Below are positions 55,637 to 64,000 of a DNA stretch of 64,000 nucleotides, one piece after another. Position numbers and translations under genes: made by a program. The DNA comes from an uncultured Acidobacteriaceae bacterium (GTDB taxonomy: Bacteria > Acidobacteriota > Terriglobia > Terriglobales > Acidobacteriaceae). Numbering within the stretch: the stretch's first letter is position 1; every line of letters starts with the position of its first letter. The notes under the pieces were generated by a model that saw nothing but the letters and a program-made list of their open reading frames with translations, had not been told where the DNA came from and ran no database searches. The DNA lies in the NCBI GenBank assembly GCA_963724815.1, contig CAVRWS010000016.1, positions 51,741 to 115,740 on the forward strand, written 5' to 3'.

Positions 55637-56971
55637 TTAGCTCACAACCTTATCCGTAATCTCCAGCCCGCAATCGATAATGGCAAACGCTTCGCGCAGT
55701 TGCTGTTCGTTGATGCACAGCGGAGGATTGGTAAAGAAAGTGTTCCAGCGCACGAACGTGTAAAGCCCCTGCTCGCGGAAGAAGCGCCCGAGCGCGGCCA
55801 TTTCATCGGACGTGCCATTGAACGGAGCCATCGGCTGGCGCGTCTTGCGATTGCGAATCAGTTCGACGATGCCAAATAAACCAATCGACCGCACCGCTCC
55901 CACCGACGGATGCTTCGCATGCAGTTCGGTCCCAAGTTGCGTCAAAATCGCGCCCATTTTTTTCGCGTTGTCGATCAGGCCATCTTCTTCATAGACGCGA
56001 ATGGTCGCCAGCGCCGCCGCGCAGCCCATGGGATGGCTGTTGTAAGTCAGCCCTCCATAAAACACCTTGTCCTGAAAATGCTGCGCGATGTGATGCCGCA
56101 TGCCCACAGCGCCGAGAGGAAGATAGCTGGAAGTCAATCCTTTCGCCATGCAAAGCAGATCGGGAACAACCTTCCAGTGATCGACCGCAAACCAGGAGCC
56201 AGTGCGTCCGAAGCCCGACATCACTTCATCGGCAATCATCAGGATTCCATACTTGTCGCAAAGCTTGCGCACGCCTTCGAGATATCCGTCAGGCGGAACA
56301 AGAATGCCATTCGTTCCAGTAACCGGCTCAAGGATGAACGCCGCAATCGTCTGCGGACCCTCAAGCTGAATCGTCTCCTCAATCATGGCAAGCGAAGATT
56401 CCGCCGATTCCCAACCGCGCTCGATGCCATGATAAGGATCAAGCACATGAATCACGCCCGGAATGCCAGGTTCCGCGGCCCATCTGCGGGGATCGCCGGT
56501 GAGACTGATCGCTCCCGCAGTTGCGCCGTGATAAGAACGATAGCGCGCGATGATCTTGTGACGTCCAGTAAAGAAGCGCGCGAGCTTGATGGCGTTCTCG
56601 TTCGCGTCGGCTCCGCCGTTGGTGAAGAAGAATGTGTCAATATCGCCGGGAGTGATTTCGGCAAGCTTGGCGCCGAGCCGCGCGCGAACTTCCGTCGCCA
56701 TGAAAGGGTTCGCATACGCAAGCGTTGCGGCTTGTTCGCTGATCGCTTGAATGACGCGCGGGTCGCCGTGTCCAATGTTGACGGACATAAGCTGGCTATT
56801 GAAGTCGATGAAGCGCTTGCCCTCGGGCGTGTAGAAATAAATTCCCTTGGCGCTGGCAACCGGAATCGGATCGACCTTCGATTGCGCCGACCATTCGTAG
56901 AGCGTGTGCTTGCGCGAGAGATCCACGATTTCCTTGCCCGTCAGGGAAGTGGTTTCAGCGATGGTGGTCAT
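55637..56971 (-). CDS. class III omega-aminotransferase (beta-alanine/taurine:pyruvate type)
   Basis: ORF 55637..57346. Likely start ATG 56971 (MTTIAETTSLTGKEIVDL). PLP-lysine region DLLCMAKGLTSSYLPLGAV. Confidence 0.9.
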   Translation of the reverse strand: MTTIAETTSLTGKEIVDLSRKHTLYEWSAQSKVDPIPVASAKGIYFYTPEGKRFIDFNSQLMSVNIGHGDPRVIQAISEQAATLAYANPFMATEVRARLGAKLAEITPGDIDTFFFTNGGADANENAIKLARFFTGRHKIIARYRSYHGATAGAISLTGDPRRWAAEPGIPGVIHVLDPYHGIERGWESAESSLAMIEETIQLEGPQTIAAFILEPVTGTNGILVPPDGYLEGVRKLCDKYGILMIADEVMSGFGRTGSWFAVDHWKVVPDLLCMAKGLTSSYLPLGAVGMRHHIAQHFQDKVFYGGLTYNSHPMGCAAALATIRVYEEDGLIDNAKKMGAILTQLGTELHAKHPSVGAVRSIGLFGIVELIRNRKTRQPMAPFNGTSDEMAALGRFFREQGLYTFVRWNTFFTNPPLCINEQQLREAFAIIDCGLEITDKVVS

Positions 56972-57000
56972 AGTTAATCCTTTTTGGCCTCCGTGATCCA

Positions 57001-57045
57001 CTGTGTTCTCTGTGTTTAAGAACTTCTTCACCACAGAGAACACAG
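57001..57045. repeat. C-family hairpin: perfect 14-bp inverted repeat
   Basis: ctgtgttctctgtg (57001-57014) and cacagagaacacag (57032-57045), between the aminotransferase start and the mmsA stop. Confidence 0.85.
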
Positions 57046-57074
57046 AGGTCACAGGATAAATCCGAAGAAGCCTG

Positions 57075-58568
<1,494 letters not shown>

Positions 58569-58629
58569 GGGGTTGCCTCTGCTATCGCGAAGAGTTGCAT
58601 GCACTCAATCAATGATACCAATGCTTATA

Positions 58630-58695
58630 GGGATCCTTCGACTGCGGCTGTCCTTCGCGCTTGACGCGCGATAGACAGTCCTCGCTCAGGATGAC
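58630..58695. repeat. W-family element (reverse orientation)
   Basis: gggatccttcgactgcgg...cctcgctcaggatgac, between the mmsA start and the gabT stop. Confidence 0.85.
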
Positions 58696-58715
58696 AAAAC
58701 GTGACGACAAAGCTC

Positions 58716-60078
58716 TTAGACCAATTGCGCTACTGCGCCTTTCTTGTCGCAGACCGCAGCCAGGGCGCACTCCAGCACGTTGAGACCTTCATCCATTTGC
58801 TCATCGGTTGCAACCAGCGGCACAAGGACTCGAATCACGTTGGAGTAGGAACCGGCAGTGATCGTGATCAGGCCGTGTTCGTAGCAATACTGCGTGATCT
58901 GTTTGGTTTCTTCTGTTGCCGGAATTTTTAATTCCTGCGACTTCACGAGTTCGATGGCTTGCATGCCGCCGAGGCCACGAACGTCACCGATGATCGACCA
59001 GCGGCGCTGCCATTCGCCGGCGCGGCGCTGGAAGCGATCGCCGAGTTCGTTGGCGCGGGCTAGCAAATTTTCTTTTTCAAATAGATCCAGAACAGCGAGT
59101 GCCGCCGCGCACGAAAGAGGATTGCCGGCGAACGTGCCGCCAAGCCCGCCGGGTGCGGGCGCGTCCATGATTTCGGCGCGGCCGGTAACGGCGGCGAGCG
59201 GTAAGCCTCCACCGAGCGATTTCGCGGTAACGATCAAGTCGGGCTCGATGCCGTAGCGTTCGCTGGCGAATAGAGTGCCGGTGCGCCCGAAGCCAGATTG
59301 AACTTCGTCGGCGATAAACAGAATGCCATATTTGCGGCACAGCTCGATGAGCACTTTGAAATAGTCAGGAGGCGGAGCGATAAATCCGCCCTCGCCGAGA
59401 ACCGGCTCGGCAATCACCGCGGCTACTTCTTCATTGGCGACGACTCGTTTGAAAGTATCCTCGAGATGGCGCGCGCAGTAGAGATCGCACGCCGGATATT
59501 TCAGGTTGTATGAGCAGCGATAGCAATACGCGAATGGGACGCGATAAACCTCGCCCGGAAACGGCGCGAATCCCGCTTTATAAGGATGCGTTTTACTGGT
59601 GAGCGCGAGCGTCATCATGGTGCGGCCGTGGAAGGCATCTTCGAAAGCGATGATCGCAGGACGCTTCGTATACGCGCGTGCGATTTTTACCGCGTTCTCG
59701 ACTGGCCTCGGCTCCACTGTTAACGAAGAGAGTCTTCTTTGGAAACTTGCCGGGCGTGACTTCGTTCATGCGCTCGGCAAGGCGGATGTAGCCTTCATAG
59801 GGCGTGACTTGGACGCAGGTGTGGAGGAATTTTTCGAGTTGAGCACGCACCGCGTCGACTACGGGTTGCTGGCGATGGCCGGCATTAGCGCATCCGATAC
59901 CGCCGGCGAAATCGAAGTAGTGGTTGCCGTCGACATCTTCGAGCCACGCGTCTTCCGCTTTAGCCACATAGATAGGCGTGCCGTGAGAAAGCCCGCGGGG
60001 CACAGCTTGGGCGCGGCGGGCGGCCAGCGCGCGGGAGTTGGGGCCAGGGATCGGGGTGCGTAATTGGATCGTGCTCAT
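58716..60078 (-). pseudogene. gabT: 4-aminobutyrate aminotransferase (class III); frame broken near 59703
   Basis: ORF 59593..60078 (MSTIQLRTPIPGPNS...FVNSGAEA) and ORF 58716..59717 (VENAVKIARAYT...DLIVTAKSLGGGLPLAAV) join if one base is removed at gcc-a-gtc. Confidence 0.85.
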
Positions 60079-60131
60079 CTCAATTTCTCGTGAGAACGCT
60101 ATAAATAGCCACAGGCGTTTCCATGCGCATT

Positions 60132-60196
60132 GGGATCCTTCGACTGCGGTTGATCTTCGCGCTTTGGCGCGAAGATCAATCCTCGCTCAGGATGAC
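60132..60196. repeat. W-family element (reverse orientation) with perfect 13-bp central stem
   Basis: gggatccttcgactgcgg-ttgatcttcgcgc-tttg-gcgcgaagatcaa-tcctcgctcaggatgac. Ends 6 nt before the ALDH stop codon. Confidence 0.9.
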
Positions 60197-60202
60197 AACA
60201 TT

Positions 60203-61684
60203 TCAGTACCAGCCGATTGGCTGCTCGTTCAGGTTGATGTAGACCTGCTTAGTTTCCAGATATTCTTCGATGCCCCAGGGGCCGAGTTCGCGGCCGAAGC
60301 CGGACTGCTTGTATCCGCCCCAAGGAGCTTCGACGTAAGTTGGCTGCATGTGGTTTACCCAAACGATTCCTGCGCGCAGGGCTTTCACGGCGCGCATCGC
60401 TTTGAAAATGTCGCGCGTCCAGACGGCGGCAGCGAGGCCGTAGGGAGAATCGTTCGCTATTTTCAGCGCATCCTTCTCGTCTTCGAAGGGAATCACAGCT
60501 GCGACGGGGCCGAAGATTTCTTCACGGGCGATACGGGCGGAGTTAGAGACGTCGGAGAAAATTGTGGGCTGGACGTAATAACCTTTGCCGATTTTTTCCG
60601 GACGTCCGCCGCCGGAAGTAAGCTTCGCTTCTCTCTTGCCGATCTCGATGTAGGAGTTGACGCGGTCGTATTGTTCTTTGCTGACGAGCGGTCCCATCTT
60701 GGTTTCACGTTCGAGCGGCGGACCGAGCTTGATCTTCTTCGCCTTCTCGGCCATAGCTTCGACAAATTTTTTGTAAATCGATTTCTGGACCAGGATGCGG
60801 CTGCCGGCGGAGCACACTTCGCCTTGGTTGATGAAGACTCCGAAGAGTGCGCCGTCGATGGCGGCTTCAAAATCGGCGTCCGCGAAAAAGATGTTGGGCG
60901 ACTTACCGCCGAGTTCGAGAGTAACGCGTTTCACAGTATCGGCAGCCTGTTTGACTATGATCTTGCCAACGGCGGCGCTGCCGGTGAAGGCGATCTTATT
61001 TACGTCGGGGTGCTGAACGAGTGGGGCGCCGCAGGTTTCGCCGAAGCCGGTGATGATGTTGACAACGCCTGGTGGCAGGCTGCAGTCTTCGAAATATTTC
61101 GCGAATTCGAGAGCGGTGAGCGGAGTTTGTTCGGCGGGCTTGAGTATGCAGGTACAGCCCGCTGCAATTGCGGGAGCGAGCTTCCACGCGGCCATAAGCA
61201 GTGGATAGTTCCAGGGAATAATTTGTCCGGCGATTCCCACTGGTTCTTTGAGCGAGAGAGACATCGCGTTGTCGGGAACGGGGTTCACGTAGCCGACAAC
61301 TTTGGTGGCGAGGCCGCCGTAATATTCGAAGCAAGTAGCAGCGTCGTTGATGTCGAATTCGGCTTCGACGATGGGTTTGCCGGTGTTTCGGCATTCGAGT
61401 TCGGCGAGTGCAGGGAGATTCGCGCGAAGTTTTTCTGAGAGCCGGAAGAGCACGCGGCCGCGTTCCTGCGCCGTACTCGTGCTCCATGGGCCCTCTTCGA
61501 ATGCGGCTTTGGCGGCGGCGACAGCGCGGTTGACGTCGTCGGCACCAGCTTCGGGAACTTGCGCGATTACTTCTTCGGTTGAGGGATCGTAAACCGGGAA
61601 AGTTTTCGCGGACTTGCTGGCGACCCACTCGCCGTTTATATACATTTGATAAGTGCGGACTTCCGTGGTGACTCCGCCGGGCAT
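60203..61684 (-). CDS. NAD-dependent aldehyde dehydrogenase (betaine/aminobutyraldehyde dehydrogenase-like)
   Basis: 493-aa ORF with LELGGKSP and catalytic Cys GEVCSAGSR. Confidence 0.9.
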   Translation of the reverse strand: MPGGVTTEVRTYQMYINGEWVASKSAKTFPVYDPSTEEVIAQVPEAGADDVNRAVAAAKAAFEEGPWSTSTAQERGRVLFRLSEKLRANLPALAELECRNTGKPIVEAEFDINDAATCFEYYGGLATKVVGYVNPVPDNAMSLSLKEPVGIAGQIIPWNYPLLMAAWKLAPAIAAGCTCILKPAEQTPLTALEFAKYFEDCSLPPGVVNIITGFGETCGAPLVQHPDVNKIAFTGSAAVGKIIVKQAADTVKRVTLELGGKSPNIFFADADFEAAIDGALFGVFINQGEVCSAGSRILVQKSIYKKFVEAMAEKAKKIKLGPPLERETKMGPLVSKEQYDRVNSYIEIGKREAKLTSGGGRPEKIGKGYYVQPTIFSDVSNSARIAREEIFGPVAAVIPFEDEKDALKIANDSPYGLAAAVWTRDIFKAMRAVKALRAGIVWVNHMQPTYVEAPWGGYKQSGFGRELGPWGIEEYLETKQVYINLNEQPIGWY

Positions 61685-61703
61685 TGTTTCGACCTCCTGA
61701 TTG

Positions 61704-61818
61704 CCTCAGGGGCTAAAGCCCCGGATCAAGTAGCGCATTATCGGCACGACTAAAGTCGTGCCCTTCCCGATCCTTACTAATCACTTAACGGCACGATTAA
61801 AGTCGCGCCCTTTCCGAT
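61704..61818. repeat. composite module: G-type hairpin plus two tandem T-type hairpins
   Basis: cctcaggggctaaagcccc (61704-61722), ggcacgactaaagtcgtgcccttcccgat (61743-61771) and ggcacgattaaagtcgcgccctttccgat (61790-61818). The last copy encodes the C-terminal ~14 residues of the permease ORF. Confidence 0.85.
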
Positions 61819-63345
61819 GCTTGGTTGCGGCGCTTTATGGCGCCCATAGACGTAGAAAAAGAATGCGGCGAGGCCGATGAAGAACAGAGTGCCGCCAAAC
61901 ATCCAACATTCGTACGACCACAGCGAGGTAATTTGCTGGGCCGGGAAAAATACCAGCGCGATGCCGAGCGCAGTGGTCAACAGACCGCTGGTGCCAGCGA
62001 GAAACATCGTTGTGCGACTGTACTGGCCTTGAGGCACGGATTCTTTCAGAGCAAATCGGATGAGCGCACCGAACATATAAAGGAACGGAACCAACTGAAG
62101 AACAACAGCTAAGGAAAGAAGCTTCTGAAACACTTCGCCGGCGCCGGCCGGGCTGAGGTATAACCGCGGCAGCAATCCGATGGCTCCCATTAATTTGTCC
62201 CAGAACCACCATCCGAAAAAATTGCCGAGCACTAAAAGTGCCGAGACAATTCCCTGCACGATCAACGCGGCGTAAGGAGTGGCGTAGCGAGGATGGATTT
62301 TGGCGAGCCAAGAGGGCATGTAGGAATCGAGGCCGGCAACGAAGGGAATGCGCGCGGAGCCACCCATCCACGCCGAACCGATGCCGGCGATGGAGAGGCT
62401 GAGCATCAGCGCGAAGGGAATAATAATCCAGCCCAGGCCAAGGCTGGCAGCCATGTGGCTGACGGCTTGAACGATGCCCTGCAGCACATTGACATTTTTC
62501 CCGACGGCGATGAGCAGAGTAAGCGTCGCACCGACGTAAAGAATGCCGGAGATAGTTCCGCCCCAAGCGACAGCGCCGGGCAAGGTGCGGCGAGGATCTT
62601 GAATTTCATCTCCCATGACGGAGGCGAGTTCGAGTCCGACCAGACCAAAGCAGATGACGCCGAAGGAATTGAGGACGAAGCGCGGGTCGGAAGGAATTTT
62701 GAAATCCGCTGCGGTAATGGTGGTGCCGAAGCGCGACCAGATCACGATGCCGAGGCCGATCAGAACCGCGGCTGCGATGAATGTGCCGATGGCGCCGAGG
62801 TTGTTGATCCACTTGCCGACGCCCAGACCGACGATATTCAGAAGAGTAAGAAGAGCAAGCAGGACGAGCGAAGTGGTGGAGGCGAAGATTTTGTTATCGG
62901 CGAGGCCGAGATGGGTTGGCCCGAGCACATAGACGGAGACGCCGACGAAGTAAAGCATGACGGTCGGCACATAGAGCATGTTGTTGGTCCAGTAGCACCA
63001 GCCGGAGAGGAATCCGTGGAAGTCGCCGAAGACTTCTTTGGCCCAGAGATAGACTCCGCCTTCGCCGGGATAGCGGTGGGCGAGTTCGATGACGGCGACG
63101 CCTTGAGGCCAGAAGAAAAGAAGAAGGGAGATGATCCAGAGCCAGATGGTGACGCCACCATTGGCCGCGATCGAGGGGACGACGTTGAGGTTGAAGACTG
63201 CGACGACAAACAAGAGCACCAGATCTCGCCGTCCGAGGGCGCGGATCAGGTGGGTCTGAGTGGCGGGTTGGGTGGTGGTGGACAAAGTCAGTTCGATGCT
63301 GCGAAGCAGCAGGTCCCCTTCGACTTCGCTCAGGGAAGCTCTCAC
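61777..63345 (-). CDS. APC-superfamily amino acid/polyamine permease
   Basis: 522-aa ORF with about 12 TM helices. The start is uncertain: the first ~15 codons overlap a W-type repeat, and TTG near 63283 is an alternative. Confidence 0.85.
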   Translation of the reverse strand: MRASLSEVEGDLLLRSIELTLSTTTQPATQTHLIRALGRRDLVLLFVVAVFNLNVVPSIAANGGVTIWLWIISLLLFFWPQGVAVIELAHRYPGEGGVYLWAKEVFGDFHGFLSGWCYWTNNMLYVPTVMLYFVGVSVYVLGPTHLGLADNKIFASTTSLVLLALLTLLNIVGLGVGKWINNLGAIGTFIAAAVLIGLGIVIWSRFGTTITAADFKIPSDPRFVLNSFGVICFGLVGLELASVMGDEIQDPRRTLPGAVAWGGTISGILYVGATLTLLIAVGKNVNVLQGIVQAVSHMAASLGLGWIIIPFALMLSLSIAGIGSAWMGGSARIPFVAGLDSYMPSWLAKIHPRYATPYAALIVQGIVSALLVLGNFFGWWFWDKLMGAIGLLPRLYLSPAGAGEVFQKLLSLAVVLQLVPFLYMFGALIRFALKESVPQGQYSRTTMFLAGTSGLLTTALGIALVFFPAQQITSLWSYECWMFGGTLFFIGLAAFFFYVYGRHKAPQPSIGKGATLIVPLSD

Positions 63346-63427
63346 CGAGCTTCACCCGGTTCGGAATGACAAAAGCTCTTCTAAGTACATGGCAGGGGCG
63401 GACGATGGCGTCCGCCCCTCCACGAAT

Positions 63428-64000
63428 CTAGTGCGCGACCGCGACGGGCGCTTCGCGTTCCTGCTGCGCTTTTGCTAACGAAGCAGCGATGTCATCGAAG
63501 GCAGATAGATGCTTGTCTATATCTGCTTCGGTGTGCTGGACGGAAATCGTCCACTGCTCGTCCCACCAGTAGGGCTGCGCCATGACGCCGCGATTGACCA
63601 TGGCGAACCAGTAGTGGCGCCAGAGGTCGATATCGATCGTGGTCCAGTCGCGGTAGTTGCGAATCTCTTTCGGATAGAACATCAGCGCACCGTTGGCGCC
63701 GGCTTGTGCAATGTACGCTTGCAGGCCGACTTTGGCGATAGTTTTGCGATATCCATCCGCAAGTTTCTTGCCGAGTTTGTCGACGTGAGCGTAGTTGTCG
63801 CGGGTAAGAACCTCGCGGAACGTCGCGAGGCCCGCGGCCATCGAAACGGGATTGGTATTGTAAGTGCCGCCGTGGAAGACTTTGTGTTGCGAGATGAGAT
63901 CCATCACGGACTTGCTGGCGCCGAACGCGGCCAGGGGAAAGCCTCCGCCGATCGACTTGGCGAGACAGATCATATCCGGCTTCACATTGAAGTATTCGCT
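63428..64000 (-). CDS. class III aminotransferase (GSA-aminomutase-like), 5' end beyond the window
   Basis: C-terminal 185+ aa: PDMICLAKSIGGGFPLAAFG (PLP-lysine), HGGTYNTNP. The ORF is open to the window edge. Confidence 0.85.
   Translation of the reverse strand, partial: SEYFNVKPDMICLAKSIGGGFPLAAFGASKSVMDLISQHKVFHGGTYNTNPVSMAAGLATFREVLTRDNYAHVDKLGKKLADGYRKTIAKVGLQAYIAQAGANGALMFYPKEIRNYRDWTTIDIDLWRHYWFAMVNRGVMAQPYWWDEQWTISVQHTEADIDKHLSAFDDIAASLAKAQQEREAPVAVAH

Overview
GC-rich bacterial chromosomal segment. Gene content and repeat types are reminiscent of soil Acidobacteriota, but I cannot verify that without a search. No rRNA, tRNA or CRISPR array was recognised.

Coding content is mostly housekeeping and metabolic:
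- M13 peptidase, thiC, a MarC-family protein, a GCPII-like M28 peptidase, vapBC and proBA.
- A methyltransferase / PLP-decarboxylase / MFS trio, then fabI, tsaE, nnr and two APC permeases.
- accB-accC-thiE, pepP and a complete pilMNOPQ operon preceded by a small HTH gene.
- Two outer-membrane beta-barrel paralogs, argD, an LpxL-like acyltransferase and a peroxiredoxin.
- An omega-amino-acid/polyamine catabolic cluster of about 8 kb (three class-III aminotransferases, two aldehyde dehydrogenases, a permease).

The unusual content is largely non-coding:
- At least seven families of palindromic REP-like elements occupy many intergenic gaps.
- One family flanks a RAYT (IS200-like Y1 transposase) gene as nested inverted repeats.
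- Two elements lie in frame inside CDSs.
- The 1.07-kb gap 52836-53906 consists of about 2.6 tandem copies of a ~400-420 bp composite unit. Each copy ends in a conserved module with a CCUCC-containing region and a stem-loop. The last copy abuts the RBS of a PIN-like/coiled-coil gene with atypical codon usage. An orphan ParD-like antitoxin sits upstream.

That locus is my best candidate for something undescribed. Other notable items are a secreted histidine-rich repeat protein and at least five genes with small frame disruptions (assembly indels or pseudogenes).
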